Origin: Obrimoposthia wandeli
Lineage: Eukaryota
Direction of reading: 5' to 3'
Assembly (NCBI GenBank): GCA_977020255.1
Contig: CDROCS010000562.1
Coordinates: 310,001-374,000, forward strand
Length of the DNA: 64,000 bases
This document shows positions 42,576-55,400 of the stretch, piece by piece (the stretch's first letter is position 1; each line of letters begins with the position of its first letter). The position numbers and the translations under genes are program-made. The notes beneath the pieces are model-generated. The model was not told the DNA's origin. It did no database searches and worked only from the letters and a program-made list of their open reading frames with translations.

Positions 42576-42707
42576 TACCCTAACTTGGATATCTGAAAAT
42601 TATGATGAACATTGACCCAGACGGTCCTGATGGCCTTTGCTGCGAGTCACAATTCCCGCTCATCTGCGAGAGACTATGCAGATGACCAGATCCGATCTTC
42701 GCTTAAC

Positions 42708-42761
42708 AAGAGATTCGCAGACTGGAAGAGATTCGCAGACTGGAAGAGATTCGCAGACTGG
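42708..42761. repeat. 18-bp tandem triplication in a small GC-rich island
   Basis: aagagattcgcagactgg x3. Confidence 0.95.
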
Positions 42762-45700
42762 AAGCGAGACTTTCCAGCGAGACATCTGCCAGGCATCGTT
42801 GACAGAAAGCGAGTTCTGGCAGACTTTTAGACAATGATCAAAAGAGCATGTCGTAGATATTAATATACGGCCAGGTGTGCACGTGTTTATGACTTTTACT
42901 TTCTTCGAAATCATAAACTGAGAAATATCCGTGTTTATTTCTCCACCTGCTGCGATTATTGGGTTTTACAAAGTGACATTATCTTGAGACGTTATTTTTT
43001 CTAAATACCCCATAATAAAGAGTATTGGCGCTTAAATTTCAATAGTCAATGTCTATTCTACGACCATTCCATTTCTAGGGATTTGGTTTGCTTAACCTAT
43101 TGTAAACAACGGATCGAAAATGAGGTTTAGTGCCATATTGTTGGACATTAGACCTAGTTTTTGATCGTAACCATACAACCCTATTTCCGAGTTTCATGCA
43201 ATTTGTATTTTAGAGTAAGTTGGATTGCATCTCCAATGGTACGATTCTTTCAATTTCCTTATTAGCTGAATGGATTATACGGCTGCAAAAATCTTTTGAA
43301 CTCTACTCAATTCTTTAATCAAAGCGCTTTCCTTTATGTATGATTCTTGGAGCTACGCATTTTGATAGCAATTGTTGTTTTCACTTGAGTGCTGTCGGAA
43401 TTCAATGGTGCACATTGGTGCTTTAGATCAATACTTGCATGATAAGCTTCATGCTAAAGATGACGTGTTTGAAAGATGGGCAAATATCCACAAAAATTGA
43501 TTCAATTAAGTTTTTGTCACAAAATATATTTTTTAATAACTTCTGCCCTTTTCATATACAAATTATTTTCATATTCAATGTGAGGATTTTGTATTCATTT
43601 TGTGTGGACAATATTTAAACCTACACTAAAATGAATACCCTACTCATACAGATCAAGTAATTTTAAGATGTGAAATATTCTATCATGTGAATATTATATT
43701 TTGGAGTTAATTGTAAAGAGTTCATTACATACGTTACGTATTTCGGTTTCATCTTCAAATTCTGAAACATAAAAACCTTTCGCAAAACAGTTCTGGACAG
43801 CCACACGAGATGCTTTACTCCTTTCCTTGGATATCGAACAACGACTTTTTTCCTTTTTCACATTCTTTAATAATTTTGTATTTTTATTTAAAATAAATAT
43901 GAGTTTATAACATTGCAACTACACTCAATTTATTTAATTAATCTTTATCAAAACATTTCTAAAATAATGTGGGTCAAACATTATACTAAATTTCAATTTT
44001 CAAGCTCTTTCTTAATTTTAGTTAGTTAGTTTATTTATTAAATGTTTTAGATTAAACATCGTTGTTCGATATATAAAATCAATTATTAAACATTTTAAAG
44101 ATTAAATAATTCAATATTTTAAGGTAAAAAATACATTTCATTGAAATAGACTTACTTACAACAGTTTTTCACACTTTATAATTTTTTTAGTATAAAATAT
44201 ATAAATTATAAAACTTAGATTTACATTTCATAAATATAGCAGATTTTGATTTGAAAAAGTTGTGCCCTGCTTTCTGAGATTTGATCTAACTCTAAATTCT
44301 TTAGATCATTGATAGTCGATCTTTGTTGAATACATGCCACCATACATCAGATAATATACGATATTCATAGCTTACAGACTTTTGATCAGCCATGACAAAT
44401 CATAAGTTAATGTCAATGTTATTCGATATAGTTTTTATTTCAATAAACCATTTTTTATAACGAATTTAGATGCGTCGAATTGTTATGTTTACACATTTAT
44501 AAACTGAATCTGGTTAGAATCTGCCTTTTAAAATGATCATTTAAACTCAATTATTGCTTTAAAAAAATGTGAATAATTCAATAAGATTATGTTTAAAATA
44601 TAAACTTTAAATATTTTTTCAAATTTGTAATAAATTGTAATTGCCTTGTATAAAAGAAGCAAAAATATGCACACAAATTAATATAAATTATATTTTTATA
44701 TAAAATGAACTTTGCTTAATAATATATAAGACATATGCAGTGATGCCACATTCAAATTTATACTCTGAATCTTTACAACAAACCACCGATGAATATAATA
44801 TATTGTAGAGACTTTACTACTCAGAAAATATTACGAAATACGTTGAATTATCCAATCGTATGGCCTCCCATAATCGCAATTCACGGAGAAAACGCCCAGA
44901 ACATATTCAAACATATATGAAAGCAAATATTGGAAAGAAAATTGCTTTGGCTTGAATGTTGTTATTATTTAAGTGAGTGTCTTAATTCAGAAGATGTAGA
45001 AATGCAACCTGGGAAGAATATTGTCAAGGAATTTATCCAAAGAAGCAATTATAAATATTCTCACACAGTAAATATTTGCGGCTTACCGTTGAAAAGGTGG
45101 AAATCTACAAGTATCTGGAAACGTTTTACAACTATTCGAAGTTTCGTCGTCAGAAAGAAGATTGTACCCCCCGAGTTCGTCCATGAGTTGCAACGCGAGT
45201 CGATCAAAATGTCTTTTCAAAAGATACAATTTTATACTTTTCAAAATTTATGTTTTTAAAATATTTACTTCATATACTGTATATAATTATTGCCTAAAAA
45301 TTTAATTTTGTATTTAAAACCTAAACTATTATAGTGCCTTGTCATTCTTTTATTTAAAAATCTCTCAGGAGGGTTTTTACTGTAGTTTTGTTCCGTTATT
45401 AACGATAAAATAATAATTCACATATTTAAATTATTTTATCCTATTAGTAGGTTTAATTCAATAAATAGATTATTAAAATTATAAAATGATTATTTTTTAC
45501 TATAGAAAATTAAATTCTAAATAAAAAATTATATTTAAAAAAAATTCCCCAAAAAATATTTATTTTAATATTTTACTTTCATACACAACTGTCTGTTTTT
45601 AGGATAATTCATCTATTTTGTTGTGTTATTCAAATAACTTTTGAATAAAAACGTTTTGTTATCTTACACGGGAAAATACCCATTATGAAATTTGGTAATT

Positions 45701-46300
45701 CTAATTCATTTGAATATTTAGAGAGAAAAATCCAGTTGGGAACCGCTGCTCTAGGGAATTCTCCAGCAGAAATCGAAAAGAAAGTTTTGAGAGAATGTGT
45801 TGGAGAAGTACTGTGAAACGGTGGATCCCACGATGGTACTGATTCCAGACTTGCACACCAAACCGGCAACATTCGATTACCTACAAGAATTTATGGCCAT
45901 CTCGGTGAATTCAAGGAAACATGGGCGCATACTCAGAAGATCTGAAATAAAACCCTAAATATTATTCCCACAATGTTCGGGTTTATCTGAAAGAAACCTT
46001 TAGTGTCTATCGAATTCTTTTGCGGGTGTGTAACATCACATGACCAGCTAAATCTCCGCTTTAACGACAGTAAACTCTTAGAGGTCGAACTTTCCCCCAC
46101 GATTCACCAACAATTGTCCTTTGAACCTTCGTATAGCTCTCGGGACAACCTAAATTACAATTTTAGCGACTGTCACAGTCAGTCACGCCTTCAATAATAA
46201 TAAATACAAAAAGTATTTAACGGTACCACTTTACAAAAATTAAATCGCCACATTAAGAGGATATAATTCAGAGAGCTGTCAATATTTCCCAGATGTTTCT

Positions 46301-46400
46301 CTAAAAGACAGAGCATTTCTTCAGACGGTTCATCGGCTTTGTTCGATCACATTTGAAGGCCTTGGAAAATTCGGGCATGTTCGAGAGTGGGCCGTTGATT
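46301..46400 (-). CDS. M13 peptidase terminal exon
   Basis: cag|A ATC AAC GGC...: (R)INGPLSNMPEFSKAFKCDRTKPMNRLKKCSVF*. Confidence 0.92.
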
Positions 46401-49400
46401 CTGCGAGGGTGAGCTACAATGAATGGAGGGACTCGTGCTAATAAGAGCGCACCCACAATTAACACAATCCCTGCACAAATATTTTAGCTATTTGGTAACA
46501 ACTTTGCAATTGTATGAAAATCACACAATTCTCTTTTTACACGGTCTTTTTTTACACGGTTTGAAATAACACGGTCAACAAAAGTGTATTTTTTTATTTT
46601 TTTGGACGATTTTGATTGCACAGTATTTTCTATTTTACACGTTTTTCTAACTTGCGTTCAGTCATTTTAGCAAAGATCATCTATAAATAATGCGTAAATC
46701 GTTCTAGTTAAATGGAAACTGGAGGCCAAAATACACAAAAAATTATCTTGGTTTTCTTACAATTATCTTAGAAGGTTTCTAAGAAGCATATAGGTATGAA
46801 AAAAATTCTTAAGATGAAATATATTTATGAATGAGATGCAAAATTCATTAGATAACTGTTTTGTTTCATAGTATGCGTCTATAATTGACCTCTTTTGTTT
46901 TTAAAAAGTATTACATACTATTTGAACCGAACACATTTTAAAGAAATGTTTTAGCTTTTTGTAATGATTTGTAGAATATATTGAATATTCCGAAAGAAAG
47001 TAATTGCATGGCAATAAAACTATTCAATGCATTTTTATGTAATTTAATTGCATACCTTTTTCGGCTATTGAAACCAGAGCTTTGTTTAAAATTTAATTAG
47101 TTTGGTAAAAAGTTTGTGACGAGAAAGTTGTATTTGTGAATAAATTTTGTGTACTTTCTAAAAGTAAAAAACTATAATAAGTTTATTTGTTTTTTCATAC
47201 CTTTCATACAATGAACAATTTAAAAAAAATAATAATAAAAAAGAAAATAGAACTAATTCAAATTATTTTATTGATTTTTTAAAAACTGTTCACGTCATCA
47301 TTTCAATACGTTCTCTGTGGTCATAGTGTACTCCAGAACGTTAAAAGAATATAATTTTTTTTAAGGAAATTGCTGACGCCGGTAATTAATACACATTTTA
47401 ATTGAATCCAAATTATCTCTTTTTTTTCTTAGCCTAAGTATAAAATGTCTACTGATATCCAAGAAAAGAACATGAAAAAAAGGAAACTAGTTTTTTTGGA
47501 AACTAAAATAAAAATATTAGACCGTCTTAAAAGCGGCGAAGGTTCAACATATGTCAGTAGATGTTTTGGATTGAATGGAGCTACAATACGAACAATTAGG
47601 AAAAATGAAAATTCTTTAAGAAAATCTGTAATCGCTGGATCAAAAATCGAATTTACAAACAAATGAAAGAACAAAAGCCGTCTATTAGTTTTGAATCTAT
47701 GCAAGCGTAGAAGTTTGTATTTTTTGGAAGTGCAGGCGGCTAACGAAATTTCGAAAGAGAAACGCATTTCACAACTGACAAATAAAATTTGAAATTGCAT
47801 CCGCAGATGAAAATGCTGCTGGAATCTTTCCACCAAAACTGGCCAAATTAATTGAAGGTAGGGGTATACTACAGACCAAGTCTTTAATGCTGACGAAAAA
47901 GATTTGTTCTGGAAGAAAATGCCTAGCAGAACCTACATCGCAAAATTCGAACATCGTGCCAGTGATGTCAAGGCTGCCAAAGATCGGGGGACGATTTTAT
48001 TCTGCCGTAACGCTTCAGGTGATCGAACGCTAAAACCTCTGCTAATCAATCGAACATTAATTCCGCAAGGACTTTTAAAAACTTCCCGTTCATTGAATGG
48101 AAAACCATGGTTTAATTGTTTTGTTCCTGAAGTTCGAAGATACATGGAAGAAAATAGTCTTGAGTTAAAAGTACTTCTAGTTATCGATAATGCGCCTGGC
48201 CATCTTCATTTTGACCATCCAAATGTTCAATTATTATTCTTGCCACTCAATACAACTTCCTTGCTTCAACCCTTAGATCAGGGTATAATAGGAACTTTAA
48301 AAATTTACTACGTTAAAAGAAGATTCAAATAGATTTTAGATAAAATAGAAGAAGAAAATCTGCCTGTCATTGATGCAGGGATAATTTTTTATTTGGATTG
48401 TGTAAAACATGCTACTTGAGTTAAGAGCATCGACATTAAATGCTTGCTGGAAGAAACTTTGGACAGAATGCGTCAAAAGTGATATTTCTGTACCAAATAA
48501 TGCGATCGAGTTATCCAAAGTTTTAACTTTGGCTCATTCAATTCGTGAAACCGGTTTGACGATATACAAATAGAGAATGTCGATGAATTGTTGATTGACA
48601 AAGAACTAAGCGAAGAGGATGTAATTGAGCTTGTGGAGCCTGATACCCATATTGATGATAATGGAGACGAGGCTGACGTTTTTCCACTAACTGCTGATGT
48701 GATTCGCCAAGGGCTCTAATTCCTTACAAACTCGGTAGATATTTTCCTAAAAATGACCCCAACGTAGAAGGGGCTTTAAGATTTCAACATGATCTGAAGA
48801 TTTGCACTAGAATTATCCATGGAACTAGCCAAACCATTATTTCAGCCTCGTATAACAGACTTCTTGATCAAAGAAAAATCAACAACTCATGAAATTCCAG
48901 AAACCATTATTACAATCAATACTGGCCGAAAATCAAAATAGGATTCGCTGTTTGTGTGATATTCTATATATTTCTAGCGATGAATATGATTTTACACCAG
49001 CTCTTCGCAAGCAGATGCGCTTTGTATCTAGTAGTGACGAATCAATATAAACCTTTGTATTTATATTAGTTTATTTCTTACACAATGTGTTCCTATTTTT
49101 TCTCGTTTAAAAGTAAAATTTGAATTTATATTGATTTTATTTGCATTAGAAATATAACTGTTTCTACTATTTCAAACTTTATTTTTCTTCAAAATAAAAA
49201 TGTTCATTTTATATTAATTTTTTATTTTCGTAGAATTAAAAACTGATTTCTTTTGCACGGTTTATATATATTTCTTTCGTTGTACACGTTTTTGGAAGTT
49301 ATGGAACCTATCCCCTATGGAGTCAATGTCTTTTTTACAAGGTTTTCTGTGGAACGTATGTACCGTGTAAAAAGAGAATTAGATGTATTTTTCAACTTTA

Positions 49401-52400
49401 TTAGTATTTTTTAAATATAAATATAATATTCATTATTTTTAGTAACTAATGTTTAATTTAAATGCTTTTAGACTATTTTGTAAGTGGGAAAATTAATTCA
49501 TTCTGCATAAAGTCTTAGATGAAACTTTCAAACTTGTTCATTTTTGGATTTAGATTCTTGATTCTGGTTTACTGAAATCGTAATTGTAGAGTTTAGCAAC
49601 CATAATATTTAGCTAAGCTATTTTCAGGAAATTGATATTTTATTTTTATACACAGTTATCTGCCAAAGTTTCATAAGAATGACCACGGGTTCCTATAAAG
49701 CTACTTATCTATTGTTTGGTGCTGAGAAACGTCTTCTGCAAGCAGTATATCAATCTAACGCTGAAAGTTTCTCTTCTGTGGTGTTCTCAAACAGGGGGCA
49801 GCATAGAAATATTCTAAACGAACCTGTACTTCCCAATTGTGTGGACATCATCTTGGATAAGTGACAGAATTGACTCTTTAGTATGGATCGAGCAAAATAC
49901 CTGCGTAACAATGCGGGCAATTTTTTCAGTTTCATATCACACAGTTTAAGCTCATCTTAACAATTCACAACATTGTATGTGTAAACGCATTGTTTGTATG
50001 GTTATTATGGTCGGTGCCGTATTAGACTATACTAAAACCGAGGGGCTCGCCAAAAGCAGGGCTCATGTAACCTTTTCTATCTTAATGTAAAATGTTAACA
50101 GTACGGATATGGCGGTTAGAAAACTCACCCTACCTGTAGTAAAATTGTACTCAGCCCCCGATTCGTGGGCTGTGAATGAAATTGTATTTATTAACAAGAG
50201 ACAAAAGTAGGCGAGACATACATGACAATATGCCCGTGATATCTTCGCGAATATGAAAGATGAATACACTTTACTTTGTAGTCGTGAGACATCAAGTTAT
50301 ATTACCCTTTTAATCAATACACAAATGGATCTATAAAAGAATGAATACCATTGAATGTTCTGCTATAAGAGCTATCAGAAGTTACTATACAAAACATGGA
50401 CTAAAGGCAAAGTCATCGTTTCCAAAAGAAACGCTATTGAGAAGCCTGATTACAAATTTTGAGTGTCATGGTTGGATTGCAGATGTCCCTGAATTTGGTA
50501 GAGGATATGCTAGAGATGAAAAGTCTGGGAACCAGGTTGAGGAAGTGCTATAACTGCTGAAAATTAAGGAAACTTACCCTTAACAAGACATGTTTCTGAA
50601 AGTTACAGCTTGTCAAAAAAACAGTTCGGATGTTCATGTGCCACTATCTTAAGGTGTATCCCTACCATATTAAGGTTGAATAGAAACTTAAGGAGAAACA
50701 TTAGCAAAACGCGAGTGGAAAATTCTGAAATAATTATCCAGAACTTGGCACGACTTCCTAAGATTTTTTCCGGACGAGGCCTTCTTTTAGTGAATAGGAA
50801 ATACCTATATTCGCTGAAACAAAAGACTTTGGCCAAAAAGTAATGTTATGGACAGCATTTTCAATGAAATTTAAAGTTAACAATTGTTGTTCTGAGAGAA
50901 CTGTAAATCATGAAGCTTACATGGATAGAATAGAGCAATAACTGTTACTTTTCCTATATTGATTTCATATTGCAACAAGATGGAGCGCGGCCCCACACAT
51001 CCTAGAGTTCATTGGTTTTTCTTCAAAAATATTTTACTGCAGGAGTAATTAGTGGCCGAACAAATAATTTTTCGTCGCTGAAATGCCCTGGTGTAAGTTT
51101 TCTGAATTTCTTCATATGGGGATACGTACAAAAATCTAGTTTATGCGAGTTGCAGGTCTCAGAATATTCCTTAGCTAAACGAGAAAATAGTCAATACTCT
51201 TGAACATTTTCCCCACGAGATACTCAAAATGTTTATTGAAACTGTACCTAGACGCCTAGAGTATTGCTTGCTTAAATATGGAAGGCATTTCGAAAATTTA
51301 TTTCCATAACTAAAATCCAATTGCATATTGAGCATGTTCCCGTTTTTTTAAAAAATAAAGTTTATGGAGCTGATTAATTTTTTGTGAAGATATTACGGAT
51401 ATTACATAACTGAATAATTTCAAATCAGAAGAAAACAAAGTTATTTAATAAATAGAAATATTTGTTTTTAATATTAAAATCAGAATTTTATTTTTTCTCT
51501 TTTTGAGTCACAGTAATTTTAAAACTCTTTTCGTCATGGAACTCACAATACTATCAATTGTCACCTGATGTAATTATTTTGTCGAGAAAACTAGATAAGG
51601 TATTGTTGAATGTTATTCGTTTTCTAAGACGAAGTTTTAAAATTGACTAAAATTCCTTATGGGATTAATGTCAAGCCAGTTAGCAAAACAGTCAATTGTT
51701 CATATTCCAGTCAAAATTTTAAAATCTTGTGTTAAATAACTTTAATGCGATGATGCATTGTCGACCATATAAAACCAAGTTGTTTCCGGATCACTTTTAT
51801 CATGGCATAGGGCATATATGTTATCTTACAAAAATTAACTAAACGTTCAGAATTCATAATTTTGGACAAAAACATAACTTAGTACGACCTTTCGTCCAAA
51901 GTGCAGCACGAATATTTAATCTACTCCTGTCTTTGTATCAAAGGGGAAACAATTTCTTCATTTTGATCGTTTTCAGATTTTTTTTCCAAACTTTTATTCT
52001 GTCATCTAAGTTAATTTTGGGATTATGAATCCAAATCTTGATTCGATTTTTGTCTATCGCCACCTCAAGATTTTGAGTTAAGAAGTCTTGTATTTTCACA
52101 AGAAACATCAATTTTATTATCATAATAAGAGAACTAATCAGATATGCCAAATTTTAAAAAGTCGTTCCACAAAGTTGTAGGAGTGAATTTTCTTCTTTGG
52201 GAATTTCTAATGGCCAGTGTCTCTTGATGACGTTAGCTATTACTTTTATGTCTTTGATCCAAAAGTTCCCCTTGCCCTTTACTCACATCACCCAGGTTAT
52301 CTTCTACAAGTTCTTGTAAACTCAAGAGAAGCTCCTCTGAAATATCTTGGTATTTGTCGGCTTTGTTGTTCCAAGGAAATTCTGCATCACAACAGAGAAT

Positions 52401-55400
52401 GAATCCCGAGATCTAGTCTCTGCTGCAGTAATTGTTTTAACAAAGTGTGGATCCCCGAAGAGAGTTCTTCTTTAAAGTTCATTAAAAATTCCTGCGTTAT
52501 TCTTTTTGCCATTGAAACTTGAAAAGGTTGATCATATATAGCTGAAGCATTTTTACTATGATCAAAATCCTTTAAGGAATTGTTTCATCAAACCCAGTTT
52601 AATTTGCATTAGAGGAAAGATAACGTTTTTCCTATCAACCAGAGGGTTATTAATGATGTATTTGTCACCAGACGTCAAACCCTTTCTTTGTGACCATTTC
52701 TTTCTCACCCAGTCATCTACTGTAGCCCTGCTGTAACAATAGCACAGGAAACAAGACTATTTTCTGTAATCTCCTTGCTGGCCCAGCAGAAAGTCCCCCA
52801 TTTTCAAATCCACATAAATCACCCATCCATGAACATGGTTTTGCAAGCTCTCCAGAACAATCTCGCATTTGGTATCATCTTCCTTCATTTTTACAGAATA
52901 TCTTATTGGGATTGAACAATATATGTTTCCCATAGGGAAGTAAAATACATTTGGACTTATATAAAACTGTCAAAAAGTCTCCCGTCACTTGAATGATATG
53001 CAGGCAGTTCAATAGTGAGAAGAATCCCTTCAATATTATTACAATGAACATGCTGACCATATGAATGCACGTATTTCCGCTAGCTAAACAGGTGAAAACA
53101 CAAAGAAGTGCATGAACATTATTACATTTGCTATCTACAGCCAATACCACACAAATAGTGGTGGAAAGAGCAAATCTGAGTTCAAATTTGGATTCAACAC
53201 CACAAAATAGGACTAAACTGATCAAAGTGTTCATGTCAGAAATTTTATTTTCTGTTGACCAGTGTAATTTGAAATAAAATATTCAACGTTAGAAATAATA
53301 TTAGTTTGAAGAGTTTTATACTGTTAACCCAATAGCTGTAATAATGGCTACTTTAGATCCCGAAAACTAAAATAGATTCTAAAATCCAGCTTTCCCATGG
53401 AATCAACCTACTCACCTTCTGAAGACCAATGGGAATGGCTACATTCAGAGAAAATCAAGCTCAATTAAATGAAATCAAATAAAACGATTCATTATTGTCT
53501 AACCTTGGTCTGTGAAACATTGACCTGGATAAAGTAAGTAATACCTTACTTATGGTAACTATGTAAGGTTACCTGAAGACTAGTTAAAGGACACTTTCAC
53601 ACGGTGGGTGAAGTGTATAAGTGGTCGTTTTGGAACCATTCGCTAGAAACCTGATACATTTACACTTTAATCTTTGGTGAGTTTTGTAGGATTAGTTCAT
53701 TAATTAAATATTCAGGCAATCATTACTGAAAACCTCTTTGTTCGTGTGACCATGTGATTGACCATTTTGCATGAGATACCCATGGCGTACACATCTGGGA
53801 AATATGATAGCCGCATATTTTAGGTATCTGCACGATTATTGCTGAAATGGAGTTTAAGTGGTTTTATTAGAAAATTATTAAATCGAATTAAGATGAATTT
53901 TCTGACTGCGATAATTAGTATAATGGTTATGACAAACAATGTAATAACTCTCGTGAAGGAGATGATGTTGGTGTGTTGAGGTTTAGGAATAAAGAAGATG
54001 GTTGAAGGGGTTGGTTATTTTCAATAATCATTTGCTCTTTTGCTGTTTTAAAAAAGATTTACAAAAAAGTCACTTACCCTTGCGTATTTTAAGAAGAACA
54101 GCTGCTCAGGAGTGTAGTTGAGACCCTCAATCATGTCTGCCTCTCGGTTCTTCATTTGAGCCATCGCAGCCTGGAAACAGTTAACTAGTGTAAGGTTGGT
54201 GACAGTTTTGGGAGGGATTAACCTAATTCAGGATTGATATAGTTTATTTTCAATTATAAGTAGTTAATTATAAACAATTAACAATATGAAACTATCCAAA
54301 TACAATACAGCTTGATTTAATGATGGATGGTTGATTGTGAGACAAATACGACCGAGGTCACCTTGAATGCCATCTTCATACCGGCGTTGTCGGCAATATC
54401 TTCTCCAATTGTTTGTGTGGACTTCAGCTGAATGTACACAAATATAAGTTAGAGTACGCATTGGTAAATAGACAAATATGTAATTATTCAAATGTCGATT
54501 CTAATGACTGGTATTATTTTAAAATTTGTTCACTAAAATTTAAATAGTATTTATTCAGTAACCTTCACTTGCTTTTGTGTATCATATGTTCTAATTTTTG
54601 CAAATATTTAAACTTGTATATAAATATATTACTTATAGTTAAAAGTAGAAAGACAGATTTTAAAATTAAGATTTTTAAGGGATATTATACCGGATTTTAG
54701 AGACATTGTAGATTAGTGACTACTTTAATAATTTGAAATAATTTAAATCCATATTAACCTTGGTGTTGAAGATGCTGTAGTTTCCGTACTGTTTGATGAT
54801 ACAATTGGCTTTCTGTTTGTAGGCTGACCTCGTCTCCTTGGTCCACCAGTCTCTAAGCATTCCGTCGCTGTCGTATTGAGATCCTGTCACCAACAGCGTC
54901 AGATATTCAGTATTCGGAGAGGAAAAGAATTATATTATATACACATTTGCTAGGTTTTACCAAACTGGTACTATATTTCAGAGGTTAAATCAAAGCACTG
55001 GTTTCTTTAATTATCCATTATGTAGTGATAAAAACTAAGAAACCTATTGTTAGTTGAATGTCACAAGAATTCACAAACGAGCACCCAACAAGTACGAGAG
55101 TTTGATTACTGATATATTGTGATTATATGAAGATTAAAGAAATAAGTTAGAATTTGTTGAACATTTTGAGCTAAATATAAAAATTAAATGAGAAATTTTC
55201 AAACATACTTTATAAGATTGAACTTGCCGTTTTCTTTTTGTTTCAGTCCAGAAGATTTTAAGCCAAATGGATTATTTGGGTTTAAGCAGAAAGTACTTGG
55301 ATTCACTTTGGGTGTTAGTAATTAATTTCTGATTAAGCAAATTTGTTTCTTCGACAATAAATCTAAATGTCCTAATCAGAGGATGATACCGACTTATACA

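Noticed and set aside
44820-45960. LINE RT-like (VEIYKYL) and chromodomain-like (SSWEPL) fragments
   Set aside because: Matches are too short and broken to support a call.
53410-53790. Candidate M13 exons or micro-exons (MCTPWVSH..., VSSEWFQ..., PFPLVFR)
   Set aside because: The exon at 49824-49900 fits the family consensus and phase far better; these candidates do not.
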